Shown here: positions 7,438-16,127 of the stretch, in pieces
Layout of the letters: the number at the start of each line of letters is the position of its first letter
Position numbering within the stretch: the first letter of the stretch is position 1
IMG/VR virus record: IMGVR_UViG_3300005289_000016
Coordinates: 186,001 to 250,000 of that record
DNA length: 64,000 nucleotides
Reading direction: 5' to 3' (one strand)
Program-made: the position numbers and the translations under genes
The notes under the pieces: model-generated
What the model saw: the letters and a program-made list of their open reading frames with translations, nothing else
The model's database searches: none
What the model was told of the DNA's origin: nothing

Positions 7438-9516
7438 TTATGGTGTCAGTTCAGGGGTCAGTGTCTCATCAACCGGGATGGTATCGGCAGGGAGCATGGT
7501 GCGCAGTTGTTGCATGAACTTCTCACTGTCGTCCCAGTTAGCCTGAGGGTCCTCGACCAAAGACTCCAAGGAAGCCTCGATGTCATCAGGTGCCTGAACC
7601 CCAAGGATCGCTTCCACTTGGCTTTTCGACCACGAAAGGATGTCCTTGGAACGAGTGGAGATGTTCGGCTCTTGGCCAGTGTCGAGGAAGGTCTCGTGCA
7701 CATGGCAACGATGCTTCTGACCGATCCGATCTACCCGTGCGATGGTCTGAGTGCGCTCATAATCACGGAACGGGGAGTTGGTGAAGATCTCGGTGTTGGC
7801 CATCACCAGAGGCACCGCCGTCGACAACGACTTGAAGGTCGCAATCAATGGGTTGGCATCTGGATCGTTCTCGAACTGCTTGACGATAGACGTCAGGTCC
7901 TTGTTGGTCTCACCATACACCAGCAGAGGCTTATACCCTGCGGCTCTGAGGAGGACATCGAGGTCCTTGACCACTTCCACGTAGCTGGTGAAGATCACCG
8001 TCTTGCTGGCAGCGTTGTCGATGATGGTATCAAGCGGCATGTTCGGGAGCATGTCGAGGTGACACTGAATGCGCATCCGACCCAGCACCTGAGACAAGGC
8101 CTCACCCATCACTTTCAGTTCAACGTACTTGATGATCGCCCGCACGTTCAGGAATGGCTTCCGGTAGGTGTCAGGCAACGATGGCACGATGTTCTTCAGC
8201 TCGTAACGGTTGCAGTACATCACCATGTCTTTCATGGTGACCGGGTCGTAACCTTTACGGATGGTCCTGACGTAAGACTGGTACTGCGTGAACGCTTGAC
8301 GCTCGGACGGCGACTTGAGTTTGGACTCGTGCATCGCCATGCAGCGTTCGTACAGACCTTCGTATTCCTTCATGCCGTCCTTGTAGTACTTCAGACGGGT
8401 CTCAATGAAACCAGTCATCTTGTCCCGGACCGAAGTCAGGGTGTACTCAGGACCGTTCTTCAACGGGATCTTGACTTCGTGGTAATCCACACCCGGTGTC
8501 TCGATCTCGGCCTTGACAACCTTAAAGGAAACGATACCCACACGGTTGGCCAGAATCTCCAGTGCCTTCTTGGCTTCCTTACCGAAGATCTTCCGGAAGG
8601 ACGCTTCTACTTCGGCGGTGAAGTCGGAGCAGATGGTCTTGAGCAAGGTGATCGCTTCAGACCCCATTGCCTTGAACGGCGTACCAGATGCGTGCACCAC
8701 ATCGCGTGCTTTAAGTCCATGGCAAATGTCGATCAGGTATTGGGTACGCGCCGACTGTTCGTTGAAGTTGTGAGATTCATCGATAGCCACAAAGACTTTA
8801 CCGAAGGCACCACGGTTCTGCTTGACGAATGCGAGGAACTTCTCCATGTAGTCGTAGTGAACAATGTAGTACTCTTTACCCAGTGTAGGCTCTTCGCCAC
8901 TGAGACTGTGCCAGTGATCAGGGACGCCCTTCTTGAAGAGCATCTTGATCGTCTTGACCCACACGTCGAACACGGAGTTCTTCGGTACGATGAAGACCTT
9001 GGTGTTAGCCCCGAGCACGTGACCGAGAGCAAAGTTGGTGATGGTCTTACCGCCGCCTGCTGCCACGTCCATGAGCATGCCATTCAGGGCATATTCGAAG
9101 GTCGTCCGATCGTACTCGTGTAAAAAGTTAAGTTGGTGCTGGAATAATGTGACATTGAGGTCACTCAACGCCTGGTAACTCAAGCGGGGCGTGAACCCAG
9201 TCATGCCAATGTTACGTAACCAAGTGGAGCGAATCAGTTCCTCGGCAACCTTGGATAACGTACGACGTCCACAAAAGGTACGCCGGGAATCCTGCAATTG
9301 CTCCAGGATGTACAGGACCTCGATGGCAAACCACTTCGGGAATTTAACGGAGGACCGAGAGACCGAAGTAAAGATGTTGTTGGCGATCTTGCTGGTTTTC
9401 CAAAAGTTGTAGATGTCTTTCTGAAAACGCAGACCGGGTATTCCGTTCACTATAATGTGAGAGTCAGTCTCTTTGACAGAGATTATCCCCAACATGCGCG
9501 AAAAGCTGGCGTACAT
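7438..9516 (-). CDS. superfamily 2 (SNF2/DEAD-like) helicase, 692 aa
   Basis: Motif I DVAAGGGKT, II DESH, III SGTP, VI QTIARVDRIGQ; GAGGA/AGGA RBS before the ATG at 9516. The longer 1228-aa track ORF is an antisense extension. Confidence 0.88.
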   Translation of the reverse strand: MYASFSRMLGIISVKETDSHIIVNGIPGLRFQKDIYNFWKTSKIANNIFTSVSRSSVKFPKWFAIEVLYILEQLQDSRRTFCGRRTLSKVAEELIRSTWLRNIGMTGFTPRLSYQALSDLNVTLFQHQLNFLHEYDRTTFEYALNGMLMDVAAGGGKTITNFALGHVLGANTKVFIVPKNSVFDVWVKTIKMLFKKGVPDHWHSLSGEEPTLGKEYYIVHYDYMEKFLAFVKQNRGAFGKVFVAIDESHNFNEQSARTQYLIDICHGLKARDVVHASGTPFKAMGSEAITLLKTICSDFTAEVEASFRKIFGKEAKKALEILANRVGIVSFKVVKAEIETPGVDYHEVKIPLKNGPEYTLTSVRDKMTGFIETRLKYYKDGMKEYEGLYERCMAMHESKLKSPSERQAFTQYQSYVRTIRKGYDPVTMKDMVMYCNRYELKNIVPSLPDTYRKPFLNVRAIIKYVELKVMGEALSQVLGRMRIQCHLDMLPNMPLDTIIDNAASKTVIFTSYVEVVKDLDVLLRAAGYKPLLVYGETNKDLTSIVKQFENDPDANPLIATFKSLSTAVPLVMANTEIFTNSPFRDYERTQTIARVDRIGQKHRCHVHETFLDTGQEPNISTRSKDILSWSKSQVEAILGVQAPDDIEASLESLVEDPQANWDDSEKFMQQLRTMLPADTIPVDETLTPELTP

Positions 9517-9561
9517 TCCTATATTCCTCAAGGGGAGTATATCTGAGAAGAGGGTCATAAC

Positions 9562-10983
9562 ATGACGCACAATACCACCGCACGACCTAATGCGGCTCAA
9601 ATGCTCCATGAGGCTCAAGGCTACCGCACCAGCCTCGAAGCCCTGATGTCGGTAGGCAAGGCACTCCTGCTCAATCCATCGTTGGAAAGCGACTCCGCTT
9701 CTTCCTTCATGGTGCTGGCAGAAGACGTGCTGGAACAAGCCGATCATCAAGCCGACTTGCAGGTCGTCGATGGCGTGACTGAGCCTCAGGCTCAAGTCGA
9801 ACTGATCATGCAGGACGTGCTCACTCCACGCCTGACTGAAGTTGAAGCGATCGAGCAGGCACTGCAAGAAAAGGCCGATAACGACGAGCCTGTTCCATTC
9901 ACCACCCGCGATTCGGAAACTTCCGCGTCGCTGGAATCGCTGAGCTTCAAAGCCGAAGCCCTTGGCCTGTTCAAGGAAAACATCGACACTGTGAAAGCAG
10001 TGATCTCGATGGAAGGCATGACTGTCGAAGCCGTCCGTCCACTGGTGCTGAACGTAGCCCGTCGCATTGGCGATGGTCTGGCTACTCTCGGCGTGTCCAT
10101 GGAAGAACTGGGCGAGACCCAAGTCCTGGGCGAGATGTCCGATGCGGTTGACCGTATCGAGCAACTGGTAGCCACTGCCAAAGAGCAGGCTGAAGAAAGC
10201 ATCGAAGCCGCTCGCGCTGAAGCTTCTGAGCAACTGGCCGAAGGTACCGACAAGATGGGCGACTTGATCGAAGCCCACCGTGCCGATAACCCGTCGGGTC
10301 CGAAACTGAACGACGACGTCCAGGCCAGCAGCATTCCGTCTGACACCCCGTCCAGTCAGAACAATGGTGAAGGCGAAGTGACCGACCCTGTCGATCCGAA
10401 CGCTGATCCAGATGCGCCGGTAGACCCCGATGCTGATCCGGTCGATCCAATCGACCCTGATGCTGATCCGGTAGACCCGATCGATCCAGATGCCGATCCA
10501 GTTGACCCGGTTGATCCCGTTGATCCAGACGCGGACCCAATCGACCCTGAAGCGGACATCGCTGCGGCTAACGCCGACGCCGATCCAGTTGATCCGGATG
10601 CAGATCCGGTAGACCCAGTCGATCCGGTTGATCCAGTGGACCCAGAAGAAGAGGAAGAAGAGGAAGACAAGGACAAGGTTTCGACCGAATCCGTTGCCGA
10701 CCCGATCGTCATCGAAGACATCACCACTCGCGTTCAAGATGTTGACGCCGTGGTTGGTATCTCTGGTCAACTGATGAACTGGCTGGACTCCAATGGCCTG
10801 TTGACCGCTGACGGCAAAGCTGCGCTGGAAGGCGGCATTGACCACAAGTTCTGCCTGTGCACCAACATGGTTGTTGACGCTGCTGGCGACGTATTGGTCC
10901 GTCACTACGACACGTGGGTTGCTGCCTGCATTCGTGATGGCGAAACCAACACCCGCGCCCTTGCTGCATTGATGGACATCTAA
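9562..10983 (+). CDS. probable virion head protein with an Asp-Pro repeat region (473 aa)
   Basis: Multiple S-x-E sites (TSLEA, PSLES, ASLES, ISMEG, VSMEE, VSTES); GAGGG RBS; acidic composition. Confidence 0.75.
   Translation: MTHNTTARPNAAQMLHEAQGYRTSLEALMSVGKALLLNPSLESDSASSFMVLAEDVLEQADHQADLQVVDGVTEPQAQVELIMQDVLTPRLTEVEAIEQALQEKADNDEPVPFTTRDSETSASLESLSFKAEALGLFKENIDTVKAVISMEGMTVEAVRPLVLNVARRIGDGLATLGVSMEELGETQVLGEMSDAVDRIEQLVATAKEQAEESIEAARAEASEQLAEGTDKMGDLIEAHRADNPSGPKLNDDVQASSIPSDTPSSQNNGEGEVTDPVDPNADPDAPVDPDADPVDPIDPDADPVDPIDPDADPVDPVDPVDPDADPIDPEADIAAANADADPVDPDADPVDPVDPVDPVDPEEEEEEEDKDKVSTESVADPIVIEDITTRVQDVDAVVGISGQLMNWLDSNGLLTADGKAALEGGIDHKFCLCTNMVVDAAGDVLVRHYDTWVAACIRDGETNTRALAALMDI
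10378..10675 (+). repeat. coding low-complexity repeat (DPVDPDA)n ending in EEEEEEEDK
   Basis: Seen directly in the translation; synonymous variation between the units. Confidence 0.85.
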
Positions 10984-10999
10984 ACCGTTGAAACCACGG

Positions 11000-11440
11000 T
11001 ATAGTATGTAGGACCTGTTCTTTAACAGTCTATCCGACATTGATGCGCTTGACTGCGTATAAAAGAGGAGAGCTTTGGCTCTCGCACTCGTGGTACCCAC
11101 CCACTCCCCCATCGGGCGGGCCACACAGCTGAGGGCATTGCGCCCTCAGCTACTATTTCGTTGCCCCTAACAAACTCGTCGTGATAGTTAGGGTTGTTGC
11201 TGTTCCGTAGCCCCATGCCAACGCTACCCATGGTGTGTTACGGTAAACGATGACGCGTCTGAGCGTATGCTCCACGTCGCTGCCAATGATGTCTCCCGAT
11301 CCGGCTGAAAGGGGATGTCAGGCGTCACGAAGTGCCACTCCTCATGGAGTGATGCCATCTTTAGTGCAGCCTCCAGTGTTCCGTCTTCGGATAGAGCATT
11401 GGGGGATGCACTGCGGATGGCTTTTATTTTTATTTTGCCG
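11000..11440 (+). ncRNA. candidate structured non-coding RNA
   Basis: About 440-nt gap with no convincing ORF and several hairpins, ending in a 68-nt G-U-rich stem with a TTCG loop and a U tract; strand inferred from the U tract. Confidence 0.4.
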
Positions 11441-11468
11441 TGTCACTGTATAGACGAAGGAGGGAACT

Positions 11469-11834
11469 ATGGAACTCTACACTATCGCTCTCTCCCAATG
11501 GCGCAAGGCTAAGGAGAAGCAAGTCACCCTGATTGACATCACTGTCAAGTCAGGTCTCTTGGTCTTTGCACCAGAGCCGTCCGTACTGTGGGCCTACAAG
11601 AGAAATGAAGTCTCAGACGAGCAGTATACGCAGTTGTACCTAGAACGCCTCAGGGAGCAGTTTAGAGCCCATCCTGAAGCCTTCCAAGAGTTCCTCGAGC
11701 AGGAAGGTCCGATCTGTGTGGCATGTTACTGCAAAGCCGGCAAGTTCTGTCACCGTCACATCTTCGTGGAGTTCATTAAGGACGTCGCAGAAGACAATGG
11801 TTACACGTTAAGACTGTGTGGCGAAATACTATGA
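11469..11834 (+). CDS. DUF488-like protein (121 aa)
   Basis: C-terminal CVACYCKAGKFCHRHI resembles the conserved C...CHR motif of DUF488; AGGGA RBS. Confidence 0.6.
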   Translation: MELYTIALSQWRKAKEKQVTLIDITVKSGLLVFAPEPSVLWAYKRNEVSDEQYTQLYLERLREQFRAHPEAFQEFLEQEGPICVACYCKAGKFCHRHIFVEFIKDVAEDNGYTLRLCGEIL

Positions 11835-11860
11835 CTAGGGCTTTCTACTGAGGCTATCTC

Positions 11861-12424
11861 ATGGCGTGTAAAACCGACAACTTCAAGTTTGACCCCGACA
11901 AGACAGCGCTGGAGAACCTCTTTGCTCTGATCTATCGGACCAACCGCGTTAAGCTGAACCCAGACATGGTGGAAGTAGAACTCCCTCGTGCCTTGGCAGA
12001 CGGCGAAGACCCTGATGGCGACAACACCGTTATCTTGGTCAAGGCCAAGCAGGGCGGTCCGTTCAAAGGGCAGGAAGACCTGTACTACGCAAGGGCTGAC
12101 ATCAATACCCACTACCCGACCTTCACCCTCGACCTAGAAGACGTGAAGGACATCCATGACAAGTCTGCGTTGATTGCCTACTTGGATGGACGGTTCAATC
12201 TGGTAGACGGCGAATTCGATGTTGACATTGATGACCCATTCACGTCGCTGTTCCAATTCATTGACGTGGACATCTTTGCCAAGGAAAAGTCCCTGATCTA
12301 CATCGGGGATAAGAAGATCCATTTGTTCTGGTCTGGCGGTATCCGTCGGATCACGGATGAGGGTCAACTGCGCATCACTGATGAAGGTCAGATCCGGGTC
12401 ATTCCCAACGGCAGTCTTGACTAA
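11861..12424 (+). CDS. virion structural protein (tail/baseplate paralog family)
   Basis: Shares V-A-x-x-x-S-x-x-G...Y-x-R-x-D motifs with 14256, 38866, 39885 and 40331; C-terminal RITDEGQ tandem repeat. Confidence 0.6.
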   Translation: MACKTDNFKFDPDKTALENLFALIYRTNRVKLNPDMVEVELPRALADGEDPDGDNTVILVKAKQGGPFKGQEDLYYARADINTHYPTFTLDLEDVKDIHDKSALIAYLDGRFNLVDGEFDVDIDDPFTSLFQFIDVDIFAKEKSLIYIGDKKIHLFWSGGIRRITDEGQLRITDEGQIRVIPNGSLD

Positions 12425-12466
12425 CGGCATATAGAGCGAGGGCCACTGGCCCTCGCTCTATGTCGC
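12425..12466. terminator. bidirectional terminator
   Basis: ATAGAGCGAGGGCC/GGCCCTCGCTCTAT stem flanked by CGGCATA and TATGTCG, between convergent genes. Confidence 0.78.
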
Positions 12467-12472
12467 GTCGCC

Positions 12473-13690
12473 TTAAACTTCAGGCTCTGGTTCCAGACCG
12501 TCGGACGCTTCGTTGAAGGCGTCGATCAGGGCTTGGGCCAGTGCGTCGATGTCACTGGTGTTGGTGTCGAGCTGGGTCTGCATCGGACCAACAGCAGCAG
12601 CCACTGCCGCATCGACTTCAGCGCTGGAAACCAGCAGGTTGAAGCCAGTACCGGCGACTTGCACGTCACCGATGGACAGGGTGAAGATTTCGACGAAGGT
12701 GTGACCTGCGCCAGTGCTGTCGGCGATTTCAACGCGACGGGTAACGACTTTCGAAGGCACGCCGCCAACGGAAGCTTCAACCACGCTTACCGACAGGAAT
12801 GCTTTATCAGCACCGGTGTCAGTCAGGATGGTGGTGCCGGACATGGCAGCAACAGCAGCAGGACCGGACCACTCGCCGACCTCATGCGAACCCATTGCCA
12901 CGTAGTCAACGCCCAGGAAGACGTTCAGCGGAGCGATGGAGAAGTCATCCGGAGTAACGCCGGACATTTCCAGGATCTCGTCGAGCGTCTTGCCTTCCAG
13001 CAATGCCGAGTCGGCGGCCTGGTCGGTCTTGCCCAGCTTGGTGCTATCGGCGTACGCCTTGGCATCAGTCAGCGCTTGAGCGGCTTTGGTGGTCGCGTCG
13101 GTAGCGGCAGCGGCTTGTGCAGCATCGGCCTTGGCCTGTGCACCTTCAGGGGTTTCCTTGGTGCCGATCGAGGTCATCAGGGTGTTGATGATGTCAGGAT
13201 CGTTTTGCAGAGCGTCGGCGATTTCCTTGATGGTGTTCAAGGTTTCAGGAGCAGCACCGACCAGGTCGTCGATCTTCTTCTGAGCGATCAGATCAGCCAG
13301 GAAGGCGGTGACGTACTTGTCAGCAGCGCCAGCCAGAGCCTCAGCTTCGGTAGCGACGCCGTAGTTCTCGACGTTACCCAGGCCAATGGAGGTTTTGTCG
13401 ATGGCGGCAATGTCGCCTTCGAGTTCAGTCTTCGCAGCGTCAACGGCAGCCGCGATGGCAGCAGCGTATTCGGCTTGCAGAGTAGCGAGGTCCTTCCCGC
13501 CAAGCTTGAGGGCGTTGTCGGCTTCACCGGCAGTGGCTGCTTTACCAGCCAGGATCAGTGCAGTGATCTCGGCCAGGGTTTTGCCTTCGAGCTTCAGGCT
13601 GTTGAGTGCATCCTTGTTAGCCAGTGCGGCTACAAGACGTGCGATCGCCGCTTTCAAGGCGGCTTCTAGTGCGGCGTTGGACAGTGCCAT
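12473..13690 (-). CDS. tail-fibre-like virion protein (405 aa)
   Basis: LVGAAPETLNTIKEIADALQNDPD is the recurrent tail-fibre helical motif; Ala-rich coiled coil with repeated LKLEGK/LKLGGK/LLEGK. Confidence 0.65.
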   Translation of the reverse strand: MALSNAALEAALKAAIARLVAALANKDALNSLKLEGKTLAEITALILAGKAATAGEADNALKLGGKDLATLQAEYAAAIAAAVDAAKTELEGDIAAIDKTSIGLGNVENYGVATEAEALAGAADKYVTAFLADLIAQKKIDDLVGAAPETLNTIKEIADALQNDPDIINTLMTSIGTKETPEGAQAKADAAQAAAATDATTKAAQALTDAKAYADSTKLGKTDQAADSALLEGKTLDEILEMSGVTPDDFSIAPLNVFLGVDYVAMGSHEVGEWSGPAAVAAMSGTTILTDTGADKAFLSVSVVEASVGGVPSKVVTRRVEIADSTGAGHTFVEIFTLSIGDVQVAGTGFNLLVSSAEVDAAVAAAVGPMQTQLDTNTSDIDALAQALIDAFNEASDGLEPEPEV

Positions 13691-13803
13691 GAAACGTTCC
13701 TCTCGTGGGAAGTAGTGGCGAGGGACCGACGTGGCACCTCACATAATAAATGGGTCTGACGCACGTCCCCAAGGCTACTCGGGTCGGTGCGTCAGGAACG
13801 ACT

Positions 13804-14226
13804 TTAGACACCCACCAGAAGTGTGTCAGTAATGTCGTCGATGTCACTGGTGACGTTCTGCAACGTCTGTTGAAACTCTGCAACCAGCAGGTAGTCTTCA
13901 GCCGGCTTACCGCCAAGCTTCAGAGCGTCCACCGCCACGTCTTCTGCACCCAACTTGCCATCGAGCAACTCTTGAGTCTGTTCGATGGTCATTGCCCCGA
14001 CTTGTTCAGCCGTGACGTTGTTGGGGTTATCTCGCCTTGCGGCGTAGATAGCGAGGATGTCGTAGATGGTCGTCCGATAGGTTTTCTTCGGAAGACTTTC
14101 GCCACCATCAGCACGGGTGCTGGTAGTGATCTCTACGCTATCCTCGCCAGACAGCAGCGAGGGATCAATGGGCGTCAACTGCCCAATGGTACTGGTCCAG
14201 CTTTGAGGCACTTCTGGCTCAGCCAT
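13804..14226 (-). CDS. probable virion/tail protein (140 aa)
   Basis: Contains NPNNVTAEQVG and ALKLGGK motifs; the latter is shared with the neighbouring fibre protein; GAGGG RBS. Confidence 0.6.
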   Translation of the reverse strand: MAEPEVPQSWTSTIGQLTPIDPSLLSGEDSVEITTSTRADGGESLPKKTYRTTIYDILAIYAARRDNPNNVTAEQVGAMTIEQTQELLDGKLGAEDVAVDALKLGGKPAEDYLLVAEFQQTLQNVTSDIDDITDTLLVGV

Positions 14227-14255
14227 GATATTCCCTCACCCTATCGGGTCAACTC

Positions 14256-14780
14256 TTAGGCACCAGCTTCAGAGTCAACTGGGGTTACTGCCAGGCCGCC
14301 GAGCTCTGGGTTAACGACGGCTTCAGCTAAAGGGGTTTGAGCTACCGCCAGCGAAACCAGCAGGTCGCCTTTGAACGCGAACGAACCAGGCAGAGCGGAC
14401 AGAACGACTTCGGTGTCTTCTTCACCAACGACGGTGGTCAGATCGAAGTCTTCGGCATTGAAGCCCAGGCCGTAACGGGTGTTGATGGCGTCAACCACTT
14501 CACCCACGTTGACAGCACCTTTGACGACGGACACGTCGGTGATGCCGGCTGCGGTGAAGATGCCTTGTACGTCCAGACGGTCGAAGAAGACAGTCTGTTC
14601 GCCGGAGAACAGGGACTCCGGAGCGGCGGTGATTTCAACCTGAACTTCACGGTTCGGGTTGGTGGAAGCGGCGACAGCGCCGTAGGTGAAGTCGGTAGCC
14701 AACAGGGTCTTGCCCTGGGCGGCAGCAGCGACGTTCAAGGCCGCGAGCAGCAATGCGCGGCCAGTGTGAGCAGCGTTCAT
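14256..14780 (-). CDS. virion structural protein (tail/baseplate paralog family, 174 aa)
   Basis: ITAAPESLFSGEQTVFFDRLD and ALPGSFAFKGDL motifs; GAGGA RBS before the ATG at 14780. Confidence 0.65.
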   Translation of the reverse strand: MNAAHTGRALLLAALNVAAAAQGKTLLATDFTYGAVAASTNPNREVQVEITAAPESLFSGEQTVFFDRLDVQGIFTAAGITDVSVVKGAVNVGEVVDAINTRYGLGFNAEDFDLTTVVGEEDTEVVLSALPGSFAFKGDLLVSLAVAQTPLAEAVVNPELGGLAVTPVDSEAGA

Positions 14781-14834
14781 AGAGTGATCCTCGTGTGAGC
14801 GAATACAGCGAAGGAATTGCTGTACATAGGATGT

Positions 14835-14873
14835 CGGCATAAACCCCCTACAGCACCGTAGCGCTGTAGGGGG
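14835..14873 (-). terminator. terminator after nrdB
   Basis: CCCCCTACAGC/GCTGTAGGGGG stem followed on the minus strand by TTTATGCCG. Confidence 0.7.
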
Positions 14874-14879
14874 CAGGCT

Positions 14880-16064
14880 TTATAGTGCGAGCATGCCACT
14901 GTTCTGAGAAACAGGGCGATGTAATTGGAACGGGAAGGTCTTCTCGTGGTCGTCGTGACGTACGACGTTCACACGGTACTGGCCATTGTCCTGCTCCTGT
15001 GGGGAGGCCTGAGTGGCTGCCACATCGAGCCATTTCGCCATGTACGGCAATGGCATCTCCAGCGGGGCTTTGAAGTCCACAGGACGTTCCAGGACGTCAC
15101 AGGCATCAGCCACGTTGAAGTTGATGAAGGAACCGATCTCATCCCAACCCACGCCCGGTACGATCGAACCCGAATCACGCTGGAAGTTTCTCCAACGCAT
15201 TTCAGATGCACGCACTTCGAGGGTCATGTCGTCAATGAGTTGACGATTCGCCTTCCAGCAAGCACGACCACGCTGAGTAGACATCTCGTACTGGAGGACG
15301 TACTTGCCAACGTTGACGTGGATCTCAGCTTCGTCCTGAGCGATACGCTGTACCGCTTTACAGATCGGCATGTAAGCACCGGTCTGAGCAATACCTGCGG
15401 TCACGGCGAACGAACCCATGAAGTTCACACGCTCGAGCAGGAACAGTGCCACGGTGAACATGAACGCAGCACGGTAGGCTTCGTCGGAGTCGCGAGCGAT
15501 CAGGCCCAAGGATACCTTCAGACCCACACGGTAGCTTTCGCCCATCACGCGGCCAATGGTTTCCATACGGGACATGGCTTCCTTGACACCCAGCACATCA
15601 GCCAATACGGCGTTTGGACTGTCGAAGCTGTAACGCACGATCTCACTGTACGTGGTAGCGTGCAGGTTCTCGTTGGCTACGATCTGGTCCCACACTACCT
15701 TCAGTGCCGAACTGGTGACGAAGTGGTTACCCACAGCCATGATGCTGTTGGCTGCCATGGTGTCGCCTTCCCACTGCCAGCCCAGGTTCTGGATCATGGC
15801 CTGAGCGACGTACTTGTCACCGGTCTTGAACTCGAGCAAGCACGGGCTGAAGTCGAACTCGTTGGTGTCCCAGTCCAGCGACCGTAGACTACGCCAGAAG
15901 TCCCACAGCTTAGGATGAGGATCGTTTACCGTATCGAGCAGGCCAGCAGGCTCGCCGAGGAACAACCGACTGTCTCCGTAGTTCTCCTTGTTGGCGTTGA
16001 AGATGTTGATGTCGAACATCGTGTTGGGCGTTACGATCATTGATGCTTCTTGCAAATTGGACAT
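14880..16064 (-). CDS. nrdB: ribonucleotide reductase class Ia beta subunit
   Basis: Di-iron and tyrosyl-radical motifs ENLHATTY, LERVNFMGSF, DEAEIH; directly downstream of nrdA; start may be 16040. Confidence 0.9.
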   Translation of the reverse strand: MSNLQEASMIVTPNTMFDINIFNANKENYGDSRLFLGEPAGLLDTVNDPHPKLWDFWRSLRSLDWDTNEFDFSPCLLEFKTGDKYVAQAMIQNLGWQWEGDTMAANSIMAVGNHFVTSSALKVVWDQIVANENLHATTYSEIVRYSFDSPNAVLADVLGVKEAMSRMETIGRVMGESYRVGLKVSLGLIARDSDEAYRAAFMFTVALFLLERVNFMGSFAVTAGIAQTGAYMPICKAVQRIAQDEAEIHVNVGKYVLQYEMSTQRGRACWKANRQLIDDMTLEVRASEMRWRNFQRDSGSIVPGVGWDEIGSFINFNVADACDVLERPVDFKAPLEMPLPYMAKWLDVAATQASPQEQDNGQYRVNVVRHDDHEKTFPFQLHRPVSQNSGMLAL

Positions 16065-16127
16065 AGTGGGATGTCGTCTATCGAATGGGGGAGGGAAGCC
16101 GGTGTTGCCACCGGCATGCCTGAGCAG

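Noticed and set aside
10378-10675. DNA repeats here and at 46200-47315 as a CRISPR array or VNTR
   Set aside because: They are in-frame coding repeats with synonymous variation and have no repeat-spacer structure.
9517-11124. N-terminal 536 aa of the 1228-aa minus-strand track ORF
   Set aside because: It is the antisense shadow of the 9562-10983 gene. The helicase motifs and a good RBS support a start at 9516.
11250-11512. Short track ORFs at 11250-11453 and 11315-11512
   Set aside because: No RBS, atypical composition, and they run through the terminal hairpin/U tract.
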